Assembly: GCA_002269645.1 (NCBI GenBank)
Contig: NIVC01002989.1
Location: forward strand, 1-64,000
Length of the DNA stretch: 64,000 nucleotides
Source: Macrostomum lignano
Lineage: Eukaryota
Reading direction: 5' to 3'
Each line of letters begins with the position of its first letter. Position 1 is the stretch's first letter. Positions 12,301-25,834 of this stretch are shown piece by piece. Under the pieces are notes generated by a model. That model did no database searches and was not told the origin of the DNA. It worked only from the letters and a program-made list of their open reading frames with translations. The position numbers and the translations under genes are program-made.

Positions 12301-13440
12301 TCCTGACCTCATGGCTCCTGACCTCATGGCTCCTGACCTCATGGCTCCTGACCTCATGGCTCCTGACCTCATGGCTCCTGACCTCATGGCTCCTGACCTC
12401 ATGGCTCCTGACCTCATGGCTCCTGACCTCATGGCTCCTGACCTCATGGCTCCTGACCTCATGGCTCCTGACCTCATGGCTCCTGACCTCATGGCTCCTG
12501 ACCTCATGGCTCCTGACCTCATGGCTCCTGACCTCATGGCTCCTGACCTCATGGCTCCTGACCTCATGGCTCCTGACCTCATGGCTCCTGACCTCATGGC
12601 TCCTGACCTCATGGCTCCTGACCTCATGGCTCCTGACCTCTTGGCTCCTGACCTCATGGCTCCTGACCTCATGGCTCCTGACCTCATGGCTCCTGACCTC
12701 ACGGCTCCTGACCTCATGGCTCCTGACCTCATGGCTCCTGACCTCATGGCTCCTGACCTCATCACACAATGACCTCATCACACAATGACCTCGTCACACA
12801 ATGACCTCATCACACACTGACCTCATTACACACTGACCTCATTACACACTGACCTCATTACACACTGACCTCATTACACACTGACCTCATTACACACTGA
12901 CCTCATTACACACTGACCTCATTACACACTGACCTCATCACACAGTGACCTCATCACACAGTGACCTCATCACACAGTGACCTCGTCACACAGTAACCTT
13001 ATAAATCTGATACCTAACTTTGCACTTTTGAAGTCCCTATATATAACCACATATGATCTAATATATAAACTCCATAATCCCTGATCATTGACCTTTATCC
13101 GATACTGAGACATTCCAACCGTACCGTACGGGCACTCAGACTTGAAGCGCCTGTAGATCGCTTTGAGCTCCTGGCTGGTGAACCGAGTCCGCTGAACCAG
13201 GCTGGCCAGGCTGACCGTCCGCGGCCTCCTGGCGAACAGCGTCAGCTCCAGCTGGCTGGCCTCGTCCGGCAGGTGGCCGCCAAGCACCGCGGCTGATTTC
13301 CGGCGCACCTGGCCGAACAGGCTGGACGGTGCCGATGTGAATCGGCGCAGAAATCGTTGGAGACGGCCGCCAGCGCCCGCGCTTTCCATTGTTGGCAGCG
13401 CGATGGCGCCGGATCGCTGCTGGCGCCGCTGGGCCAACAT
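9365..13440 (-). CDS. KCNIP: Kv channel-interacting protein-like neuronal calcium sensor, 256 aa; exons 13440-13125 and 9819-9365
   Basis: [22 protein letters not shown] joined by a phase-1 intron (GTACGG...TTTAG, 13124-9820) to [28 protein letters not shown]; EF-hand loops [39 protein letters not shown]; no N-terminal MG myristoylation motif. Confidence 0.92.
9965..10975. repeat. 64-bp minisatellite, ~16 copies, in the KChIP intron
   Basis: CCCCTCCAGC recurs at 10021, 10085, 10149 (period 64). Confidence 0.95.
11737..12995. repeat. 15-bp array (ATGGCTCCTGACCTC, ~68 near-perfect copies to ~12762) grading into a 16-bp array (ATTACACACTGACCTC)
   Basis: Direct inspection; the two units share TGACCTCAT. 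Confidence 0.97.
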
Positions 13441-13462
13441 GATTGGCTGCCTGCTTTGGTGA

Positions 13463-13758
<296 letters not shown>

Positions 13759-14114
13759 CGTACAACACGCGACAGTTATGGGGCCGCATCAAGTGTTAGA
13801 AAACGCACAGCTGTCTCAGCCAATGACAGGTCTCATAGCACATTGGATAAATGCTGCATGCGTGGGCCTCAGTCTTCTCAAACATGGAAATAATCTTTTC
13901 TCCTGAGCAGCCAATCAAAGCTGTCTTTATGTAATCCATTCAAATATTTATTTCTCATCCCCCCAAATTTCACTGCATTCGGAAATTTGATCCCTTTAAA
14001 AGGAATTCCAATTCGTCTGACATCCAACTGTCGTCAGATGTCTTCTCTCTGCGTTTTTTCTCCACTGTCTTCCCCAGGGAAACCTCTGCTCTCGGATGTG
14101 GATGTGGATCGGCA

Positions 14115-15400
14115 GTCCAATGTCCACAATCCAATGTCCACAATCCAATATCCACAATCCAATGTCCACAATCTAATGCCCACAATCCAATATCCACAAT
14201 CCAATATCCACAATCCAATATCCACAATCCAATATCCACAATCCAATATCCACAATCCAATATCCACAATCCAATATCCACAATCCAATATCCACAATCC
14301 AATATCCACAATCCAATATCCACAATCCAATATCCACAATCCAATATCCACAATCCAATATCCACAATCCAATATCCACAATCCAATATCCACAATCCAA
14401 TATCCACAATCCAATATCCACAATTCAATATTCACAATCCAATGTCCACTATCCAATATCCACAATCCAATGTCCACAATCTAATGCCCACAATCCAATA
14501 TCCACAATCCAATATCCACAATCCAATATCCACAATCCAATATCCACAATTCAATATTCACAATCCAATGTCCACTATCCAATATCCACAATCCAATGTC
14601 CACAATCTAATGCCCACAATCCAATATCCACAATCCAATATCCACAATCCAATATCCACAATCCAATATCCACAATCCAATATCCACAATCCAATATCCA
14701 CAATCCAATATCCACAATCCAATATCCACAATCCAATATCCACAATCCAATGTCCACAATCCAATGTCCACAATCCAATATCCACAATCCAATGTCCACA
14801 ATCCAATATCCACAATCTAATCTAATATCCACAATCCAATATCCACAATCCAATATCCACAATCCAATATCCACAATCCAATATCCACAATCCAATATCC
14901 ACAATTCAATATTCACAATCCAATATCCACAATCCAATATCCACAATCCAATATCCACAATCCATTATCCACAATCCAATATCCACAATCCAATGTCCAC
15001 AATCCAATATCCACAATCTAATCTAATATCCACAATCCAATATCCACAATCCAATATCCACAATCCAACATCCACAATCCAATATCCACAATCCAATATC
15101 CACAATCCAATATCCACAATCCATTATCCACAATCCAATGTCCACAATCCATTATCCACAATCCAATGCCCACAATCCAATGTCCACAATCTATTATCCA
15201 CAATCCAATGTCCACAATCCAATATCTACAATCCAATATCCACAATCCAATATCCACAATCCAATATCCACAATTCAATATTCACAATCCAATGTCCACT
15301 ATCCAATATCCACAATCCAATGTCCACAATCTAATGCCCACAATCCAATATCCACAATCCATTATCCACAATCCAATGTCCACAATACAATATCCACAAA
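14115..15400. repeat. 14-bp minisatellite (AATATCCACAATCC)n
   Basis: Direct inspection. Confidence 0.95.
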
Positions 15401-15963
15401 ACAATATTAAAAAAACTGCAAATAAATGCCACCTTTGATAGTCTACTATGAGTAGCGAATACAGCAATGGAAAATTAGGAGTCTCTAAACAATTACTGCA
15501 ACCAGACCTGAATAGCATTACGAGTATAAGAATATCATTTCAAGACAAAATTCCTATCAAAAATTTACCTGTTTTAAAGTCTACCGAATTAAAAAATGCC
15601 AAATGCAAATTTATTTGAAGACCAACTTGATTTGAAATAGAAAATATTTTTGCATCGCAGTTTTTCAATCTCCAATATATATAAGTACCCGTTCAGGATT
15701 TGGAAAGTTCCGAGACTTTTAGTCCGCTAAATTCTTTGCAACTGCTCGTGTCTCAACGCTGAGTCCTCAGGCCTTTGCGATGCCCGGGCGCTGGGAAGGG
15801 AGAGAGGAATGTGAGCTCTGCAATCTGCCTACTGGATGAGGGGCGGTGGTTAGGGAAGCGAGTACGGAAGGAATCGAGCTGAGGCGATCGCCATGATGAA
15901 ACGTGTTCAACCCAACTATCCTGTCTTATCCTTCCTTGTGGCAGTCTGTCTGCTCGGAGACAG

Positions 15964-16618
15964 AGATTAGCTAGTCATTGTGTGCTCACCTGAAAGCAGA
16001 TTAGCTAGTCATTGTGTGCTCACCTGAAAGCATATTAGCTAGTCATTGTGTGCTCACCTGAAAGCAGATTAGCTAGTCATTGTGTGCTCACCTGAAAGCA
16101 TATTAGCTAGTCATTGTGTGCTCACCTGAAAGCAGATTAGCTAGTCATTGTGTGCTCACCTGAAAGCAGATTAGCTAGTCATTGTGTGCTCACCTGAAAG
16201 CAGATTAGCTAGTCATTGTGTGCTCAGCTGAAAGCAGATTAGCTAGTCATTGTGTGCTCACCTGAAAGCAGATTAGCTAGTCATTGTGTGCTCACCTGAA
16301 AGCAGATTAGCTAGTCATTGTATGCTCACCTGAAAGCCGATTAGCTAGTCATTTTGTGCTCACCTGAAAGCAGATTAGCTAGTCATTGTGTGCTCACCTG
16401 AAAGCAGATTAGCTAGTCATTGTGTGCTCACCTGAAAGCAGATTAGCTAGTCATTGTGTGCTCACCTGAAAGCAGATTAGCTAGTCATTGTGTGCTCACC
16501 TGAAAGCAGATTAGCTAGTCATTGTGTGCTCACCTGAAAGCAGATTAGCTAGTCATTATGTGCTCACCTGAAAGCAGATTAGCTAGTCATTGTATGCTCA
16601 CCTGAAAGCCGATTAGCT
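15964..16618. repeat. 34-bp minisatellite (AGATTAGCTAGTCATTGTGTGCTCACCTGAAAGC), ~19 copies
   Basis: Period 34 (15964, 15998 onward). Confidence 0.95.
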
Positions 16619-16829
16619 AATTACTTGTTCGAGTAGATGGCGAACAAAGGGCGAGTTGTCACTCAGGAAAGAGGCGAGAGACGAGAATAACTGGTAGTCA
16701 TTTGTATTTGTAAGTACGGGCTTACTTGCAAACGATTCACCGCTGTGACAACGCTGTGAAGCTAGTGAGAGACCATTAGATAACCTTTGATGTGTGTGCG
16801 GCATCATGAGTGAAATTTCAAGTTAATGA

Positions 16830-17338
<509 letters not shown>

Positions 17339-18761
17339 AGTGGATTTGAGGAACTGGATGGAACTTAAGCATATTCGCAGTATTCAGCTTTCCTTCCTAA
17401 TCCTGATTGGCTTTCTTGCTGTTGGACTGTCAAAGTGCGTTGGCAGGGTTTGGGATCTGTAGCAGCAGAGAAGGAAGGCCAGCAGCAGCCCTGCCCCTGT
17501 CCTTCGTCTCCCCCGAGCCTCGCTTGCCGCACCCGGTGGGGGGGAGGCAGTTGCTCTATTTTCGTCCTGTCTGCAGGGGGTCCGCGACGGCGGGCTTTGA
17601 GAGGCGGCGGGGCAGGGGATGGGGAGGGACAGGAGACGCGGGTAGCCTGGGATCTGTCCGTATAGCCAGCGATCCCTTCCCCCCAGCCCCACCCAATCCG
17701 TCCGTACCGAGTGAATGCATGCTTACCAGGCCAGCCACCCTCGCCATCCTATTTTCTGGCCCTTCATTCGCTTAAAAACTCCCCTACCCCGCCCTCTATT
17801 CTTCCCACACTGCGCCCAGCAGCAATCAACTACATACCTACTGTAGTGTTGTAAAGTGTAAAGTCGACTTTGAAGAAGCCCGGGTCTCTCAGAGCCTCCC
17901 ACCGGCGCATAACCAGAGAGGCCAATCGGACACTGCAGCAAAGCGGCAACCCCCGCCCCTGCCGCTTGCTCACCACCGTGCACTCTTCTCAACACTAGTG
18001 TGCGGAGCAGAGAGAGAGAGAGAGGGAAACTCAACTCTACCTTGTCCAGAGAAAAACCCTGTCTCAACCCCTGATTGGAGAACGATCGAGCAAAAAAGCA
18101 ATCGGGACCGACAAGCACCCAACAAAAGCCAGTGACGCTTGTGCACGCGACCCGAAATAAGTAGCTGGAAATCGATACTCCCAGTCTCTGTTTTGTCGCT
18201 TCCCCTGCTTTTGATTCGATATCCCGCATTGCTGAGATCTGCATCGCAGTTTCTTGTCGCGCATTCGACAGCTTACCTGAGCAAGGCACAAACCAGTTCA
18301 GATAGAGACGGAGAGGGAACCGAGCTCTCCCTCGCTCTCTCTCGGCACCTCGGTCGCAAATGCTGCAGCAGTTATTGCCGGCACCTCTTGTCGCTGGAAT
18401 CGTCCACTTGGGACAGCTGAAATAAGCCAGTCTATAGCCAGCGAGTTGCCGGGGACGGAGACAGCTGAGAGACACAGAGAGCTCGAGTGTGCCAGCAAGA
18501 CGCGGAGGAAAGACTAGTCCAACTAAAAAAAGATCGAAGGCAAGACAAGCAATCAGGCTCTGTCTTTTTTTCTGTTTTTATTCACTGCCGCCAGCGGTGA
18601 CTGCCCTGCCGATTCGCGAAGCCCCTCCGGATCGGGACTCCCGCGGGCAGCAGCGCAGGGAAAGAACAACACTAATTCTGTTGCTACGAAAACAAAACAA
18701 AGGCGCAGTCGTCGACGACTGCTTTTAGCGCTCTGAACCTCAGCCGGACTAAGAAAAGTGA

Positions 18762-19463
18762 ATGGACGAAGGGCCGGGTGTGGAACAGCAGCAGCAGCAG
18801 CTACAGCCGCTGGAGCCTACGCAGCAGCCGCATCCGATCCTGCGAAAGAAGCGGCTCAACCAAGACAGCAACTCGGCGTCAAATCATCACGTTCGAATAG
18901 CTCCGTCGCCGACCAGCCACGACGAGAACGAGAACGAAGATGATGGGATCGTCGAGGAGCCGTGGAAAGACAGGGAAAATCCTTTTCGACCTGGCAGCGA
19001 CCTGGACCGCCAGGCGGACAGTTTGTTAAGAAATTCGCGCATATCCCGGAACTCTGTTCACCTGGCGCAGTTGGAAACCGATTCCGAGCAAAAACCAGAG
19101 CACGAAGCTGAACAGAAAACGGAAGCAGCATCAACAGAGGCGACAGCAGATCCTACGACGGCTACATTGGAGGCGACACTCCGCGAAGACACGGTCGGAC
19201 TGCTGACGCCGTCGATGGCGGTGGCTGCCATCATTGCAGACGACGCTGCTGATTCCTCTGGGCCGGACGACGAGCCAGAGGAGCTGCTGGTCGCTTCAAC
19301 GTCCGCCCCAGCCGCCGCCTCGTCCGCCCCTCCGTCGGCAGCGAATCGCCAACAGGAGGCTCCGAATGGGTCAGCATCGCCGAAAACAAAAGCGCCGACA
19401 AAGGAGGCAGCTGGTCCTGTCCAAGCCAAGGGAGTCGGTCGGGCCTGCTGCGACCTTATGTGA
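18762..19463 (+). CDS. 233-aa acidic, disordered protein with an ENPFRP motif and C-terminal CCDLM (predicted prenylated/palmitoylated)
   Basis: Single ATG-initiated ORF with coding-like codon use; poly-Q near the N-terminus; ends GRACCDLM*, a CaaX box with an adjacent Cys. Confidence 0.8.
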   Translation: MDEGPGVEQQQQQLQPLEPTQQPHPILRKKRLNQDSNSASNHHVRIAPSPTSHDENENEDDGIVEEPWKDRENPFRPGSDLDRQADSLLRNSRISRNSVHLAQLETDSEQKPEHEAEQKTEAASTEATADPTTATLEATLREDTVGLLTPSMAVAAIIADDAADSSGPDDEPEELLVASTSAPAAASSAPPSAANRQQEAPNGSASPKTKAPTKEAAGPVQAKGVGRACCDLM

Positions 19464-22434
19464 ACCTTCGGGGTCGGATCGCCTGGCCCCATTGTCCATC
19501 CCGACACTCGGCACTTAACGCGAAAAACTCCCGGTCGATTCTGTCCCGTTGCCGCACCATCTCAAACTGCTCCCCTTCTACACTCGTTTTTCCGTGCTTC
19601 GCGATCGCTTTAATCATATCCTTGTTGCTTACTTGGTAAGGTCGGGCTATCATTTCTTGAGTCACATCTGCGTTCCTAGTAACAAATCGACACGTGTACC
19701 GCATTTCATTGGGCGGTACGAGGTGATGTGCAGTATGGAGCGGATTAAAGCTGTTGCAGAAAAAAACGGAAAATTAATTTAAAAAGCGAAAAGGGACTAA
19801 TATTATTAGCTTAGGCAATAAAAGTCAAGTTTATTATCATTCATTTGCTGATACTGATCAGTTAGTATTGTGACAGCTTTCATTTTTTGATTTTCGCGTT
19901 TTTTAAAGTACATAATCTAATATTTTAAATGTGCAATTTGAATAAGTTTACGTAATCTATAAATTCGGTCATTTCATCAATTGTAACCCAGTTACATTTA
20001 ATTATTGTACTTCTCAATGCCATACTGCATGTAGTGTATTGTATTCTATACATGGATATCGGTATATTCTTGATTTTTCAGTTCCAAAAAGCATTCATAT
20101 GTAAGCATCGGTTATTTACAGTCATTGTTCCTTTTATTCGAGTCTGAATTGAAAATTCAAAAACATTTTGCTTATCTGCAGCTTTTGGGCTCTTCTGTTA
20201 GAACTGCGTCGCAGTACTGTTTCATCATCTGAAAATGCTGTTTAAAGGGAACTTGAATTGTACCAGCCCACAGATTTAAACAACTGAAAATTTACTCACA
20301 GATTCTTGCAAAGTATCATTATTAATTTTATTTTTTTCTTTGCGATTAAACCCGTAAATTTCACGATTATTATTATGCGTAAGCAAGTAAATTTGTATCC
20401 GATCGTATAAATAAATATACATTTTACATTCGTGCTAGAGACTCCTATATTCTTCACATGCGCATGTAAAATAGCACATGTTGCCATAAATTGGTTTTTT
20501 ATTTTTATTTAAACTGCTGTGTAAGAAGTATAAAGGAAGCGATTGTAAGATTGCCGTTTTTGGCGTATGAAACATTCGAAATTTGTTATTCTGCATAGAT
20601 TCTCTTCACGTGAAGAAGAATGTTAAATTTGTCCAGGACACTTCCTAATTCATACTTAATAAAATAATGCAAAAAAAAGCTTAAAATAAAGCAGTTTACT
20701 GGTAGTTTGTAAGGAATAAACAAATTTAATGCTTGTTCCTACGATTCGTACGACAGAAACTAAAGTGTCTGTAGAAGTGTCTGAATAAGTGTCGGCCAAT
20801 GTTTCATACGTCGATTTTGTAGTATATCTTGTCAATTGTCAAACGCAACATTTTGTTTAAATAACAGAACGCCAACTATTACAATCACTAACTAAGTTTA
20901 ACAGGTTACTTAAGTTAAGTTTCAACCGACGGTTTTTGCTTCAGTATAAGGCATTGAATAGTTTATATTTTTTAAACTTTGAATCAATCAATAATTCATG
21001 AAAAACATAAATTTACTTACATTAATTGTTTCCAAGACATTCAATTAGGTTACCCGTGTGGCAGTATTGTGCCCATCACGGAAGTAACATTGTCATTGAT
21101 TAAAGCGTTTGTTCCATAAAATTATACCTTGTTCGTTAGTTGCGTTAAGTGATATCGCATTGCGCAAAGCACACTGTTCAACCGGTTAGCCGAATTAGAC
21201 CAGAGAAGAGACAAACTGCACCGCGAAAAAACGAAGATTAGGGAGAAAGTCATTTGTAAAAGTTTGCCACAAACTGCACTCGCTTCCTACACGTTTTTTG
21301 GTGCGGACTTTGCTGCTTTTGCAGGGTTGAGGGGCGGCCGGCGGTCACACGGCTTAACCCCCGAGGCCTGCATGGGCTAGAATTCCAAAAACAGCCAAGC
21401 GAGGCGAGGGAGAGCATTAAAAGTGCACAATAATATGCGGGAAGGAGGCGACATTCCATTCCTTTGCACTCGGAATATATTCTCTTTCCCTCTCAGGCCC
21501 CAACCCCCCCGGATTCCTAACCCCTTAAAGCCCACCGAGACCAGCGCCTCACATAATATTAGCAAGCAGTATACACTACACCAAGTGGAGCGGAGGAGAG
21601 GTTAAGGGGAAAAGATATTGTGGCTTTTAGCATTGCAGGGCACACGCGCCCGACTACACAGGCTTGCATTGCGTTGCAAGCCCTGGATAAAGCACATACA
21701 CACACTAATTTAATGCCCAAACTATTATAGGAATTAGGGACTGTTATTTTCTAATACGGTGAGTACGGACCACGACTCAACAGTCAAGTGCAGACACATA
21801 AGACTTGAATTTCTAATAGGAAAGGGAGAGAGCGAGTGCGAATGACAGTACTGGGTCGAGTTTTTTGGCCAACTGCCAGAATAAATTACTATAATAATGT
21901 CATCAGTCTTCTTTTGCCTCTATTCATATCAGATCTTAGACAGCTCTGATTGCACACCCTGCTGAGTCAAGCCGCGTGAGTCGCGTGGCTCATTTAGTCA
22001 CAAAGCCCCAGCAATATTTGTTCTCAAAGTCAGGCCCTGTTCTCGAGTTGAGGCCGGAAAATCAAGCGCGATATGAAAATAAATGTTTGTGCAGCCACGG
22101 GCCACGTGGGAGAAGGTTCAAGATAAATGGCTATTTATATATCTGCGACTGTTTCTTCGGCAACTTTGCGTTATTATATATTGGCCAACCGGTTACGTAA
22201 CTGGCATGCACAGTTGGGGACACTCGAGTTGATTGCATCTGATTGCTGGATTTTATTTCTAGAAATTTATGGGCCAGATAGAAACGCAAAATTGCTGCTA
22301 AAGTCAAAAATTCTTTATAGCTTTTCGATTCTGTGCTGGATTGCTTGCTGATGAAAGCAATTGATTGAATGAGAACCGAATAGAAACGAATTGATGAAGG
22401 AAACGACAGCGGCGTTAATGAGGGAGGAGAGAGC

Positions 22435-22975
22435 CAGGTTCAATAGAAGAGTCAGGTCTAATAGGAGAGAGTCAGGTCTAATAGGAGAGAGTCAGGTCTA
22501 ATAGGAGAGAGTCAGGTCTAATAGGAGAGTCAGTTCTAAAAGGAGAGTCCAGATCTAATAGGAGAGAGTCAGGTCTAGTAAGAGAAAGTCAGGTCCAGTA
22601 AGAGAGAGTCAGGTCCAGTGGAGAGAGTCAGGTCCAGTAAGAAAAAGTCAGGTCCAGTGGAGAGAGTCAGGTCCAGTAAGAGAGAGTCAGGTCCAGTGGA
22701 GAGAGTCTGGTCCAGTGGGGAGAGTCAGGTCCAGTGGAGAGACTCAGGTCCAGTAAGAGAGAGTCAGGTCCAGTGGAGAGAGTCAGGTCCAGTGGAGAGA
22801 ATCAGGTCCAGTAAGAAAGAGTCAGGTCCAGTGGAGAGAGTCAGGTCCAGTAAGAGAGAGTCAGGTCCAGTGGAGAGAATCAGGTCCAGTAAGAAAGAGT
22901 CAGGTCCAGTGGAGAGAGTCAGGTCCAGTGGAGAGAGTCAGATCTAGTAAGAGAGAGTCAGGTCCAGTGGAGAGT
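22435..22975. repeat. ~20-bp degenerate purine-rich minisatellite (GAGAGTCAGGTCCAGTGGA/AA)
   Basis: Direct inspection. Confidence 0.9.
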
Positions 22976-23888
22976 CATGTCAAAAAATCTACAAACCCCA
23001 ACCCACAATCCACAATTCAAAAACTACAAACCAGAATCCAGAACTTCACCATCAAACATTTAGGCGAATGTCTCAATTTGATATCAGATTTGGTCCCAGA
23101 AACTGCGCCATCAATGCAGACAGATGCCTCAGCTGCTGCTCAAACTGAATCGGTCAAGTTGACAATCCTCTATCGCCCTCTCCCTGGCCCAACGGCAAAA
23201 TCGATCGGCGAGAAATCAATGCCCAATACTACAAACGACGCTGTTTGCCTCGAACCACCACGCGAAATCCTGGGAAAGCAAACAGCGCTGCCAAGTCCCT
23301 GGCCTCTTCCCGCGAACCCCGCCCCCCGTTCGTTTTCTCCCAAATCGAGCCTGATCCCCCATGCAATTCTCAAGCAACCTCGAGGGGATTTCTGTCTTTA
23401 TATTAGCCACGCTGACTGAGTGCGAGTTGTGGGGGACCCCAAGGTGAAAAGCAATTATATTGGCCAGCTAGACTGGGCTTAGTATCGCATACAGGAAACT
23501 CAGCTGATGTACATACAGGCCGCTGTGTGCTCCCACCGCAAACCAAGGACACCCAGGGCCAGAGCCTTAAGTAGCAACTTCCCTAAACCTCATCTTTCCA
23601 GACAACTGTAGGCCGACTGCAGCTTACTTACTGCGCTCTGATGTGCCAGCGGCCCAGGGTCAATTCCAAGTAGTCATTAAATTTGGGCAAAATTGGAATC
23701 TCTACTCGGTTCTGTTCGTGCAATTAACGCCCTTGAGGGCCAATCGAAGTTTAATAAAAGATGAACCAGAGAAACTCCACCTGGCTTTTCCGAGTAAACT
23801 GAAGCACTTCAGTCAGCCTGAAGTTGTCAGAGAATAGGGAATTTTGGGAAAGAGTTTGGATTCTGGTTCTCCTTGAAACCAGCTCATC

Positions 23889-23893
<5 letters not shown>

Positions 23894-23963
<70 letters not shown>
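23894..23963. repeat. (CT)n microsatellite
   Basis: Direct inspection. Confidence 0.97.
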
Positions 23964-23965
<2 letters not shown>

Positions 23966-24212
23966 CCTCTCGCCCAGAATGCTCCAGACTAGGAGTATAA
24001 GTGTACTTTCTGTTTACGTACTCTACATCAAAATCGGCGGGCCAGCCTCCCCCGTCTGACTGCTCTCACTCTCTCCCCCGCGTTCTGCTTGATTCGCATG
24101 ACAAAGTTTACTTATGCATTGTATAGATTGTACTAATAATAATGATAATAATAACATAAGGTAGCTGCAGACGTCTGGACAGAATACCGGGCTCTCATGT
24201 ATTACGGGACAG

Positions 24213-24479
<267 letters not shown>

Positions 24480-25834
24480 TAGCGGTCGGACATAACCAAA
24501 ACCTAAATTTCTCTTTCTCTCAAGAGCCCCAAGCCAGCAACCAGTTTCTGCACAAACAGCATTTTATTGTCGCCAATCAAATTATTGCTGGTGAATGTAA
24601 ATATTTTTATTATTTTGCAATGCTATATTGTTATTCACTGGTGTGTACAAGAAGTTATGAATAATAATTTTGCTTTTATAGGGCTAAGAGTTTTGCACGA
24701 TTTGCTTGAAATGGCTTTTGCCACTGCTTGAGCTGTGCAGTAAAGAATTAATATTCTGCAGGCGTGGGACTAATTACGTACTAATGTGAATTTATGACTG
24801 GAGCGGAATTGACACTATAGGCTGCATATGGAAGCCTACATGCAATGCATAAATATGGATTGTAAGCCCCTATCAAGCGAGGCTTCTGAGGAATTAGAGG
24901 TCCTCCTCTTTTTGTACTGTAATATCGCTGACGTCAAGGACCACTATTGACTCTACTTGGACTGGAAGCGATTGGCAGAAACGCTTCAAACCAGGTCACT
25001 ACGAGGAGGGGGGTGTCCGGAAAGTTCTGACACTTAATCCCGGAGCAAAAAACTGTGTTCATGTTAAAGCAACAGATTTCTTCTTTCTAATCACCTCAAT
25101 ATCGTATTTTTTGGTCAGGCATAAAAATTATCGTAATGCCACTGACTGGCAACGAGTGTAAAAAGGTTTGGTTTGTCCTTATACTCGTAGAAACAAATTG
25201 TTGGCTTTATTCATCATCATCGGGCTTAAAGGCAGCCTTCTCAACACTGCAGCAACACACTTCTCCTATCGCTTGAGCATCCCGTCAGTCGCATCAGAGT
25301 AGCACTGTCCTGAAAGACCATGGGATAAACCTTGCCCTCCAAATGATCCCTGCTACATGTTGGCATAAACTCGCCCCTCATACCGGTACGGTTCTTCAGC
25401 TGTGCAAAAATAAAGAAATCCGGAGCCCGTTTCGTGCTTGTAGCTTGTTTAGCTTCCAGTCCAGGGAGTCAGCAGCAGTCCCTGGCTTACATATACACCG
25501 TATTATAGAGCTATTGGATAATTTTGATTTATGGGGATCTAACGGCAGATGCTGCTTGGGGGAATGTGCACACACTACTGCGAGAGAGAGAGGAAGGGTT
25601 GGGCCGGTGACCTCAAGCAGTCACAGCATGCGGCACGCAGTGACTCAGCAGGGAACACAGCGACTAGGACTGCGGGATCGGATCAGCTTGGCATTTTTGA
25701 TAAAAAAGATTTTTTGAAAATGTCAAAATATTTTGCGCGAAGGATGTGACAAGAGAATTTGTGCGACTGGTGCCGAATCATCAAGACTATGAATTCTGTG
25801 CAGATTTTAACTGCATGTCATTGAGGTTCAAACT

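Noticed and set aside
19456-19750. Protein-like antisense ORF (MRYTCRFVTRN...) overlapping the CaaX gene stop by 8 nt
   Set aside because: The plus strand reads as an ordinary pyrimidine-rich 3' UTR; no family motif or upstream exon found, though not formally excluded
25000-25189. Possible mariner MITE (TACGAG...CTCGTA)
   Set aside because: Only 6 bp of inverted match; too weak
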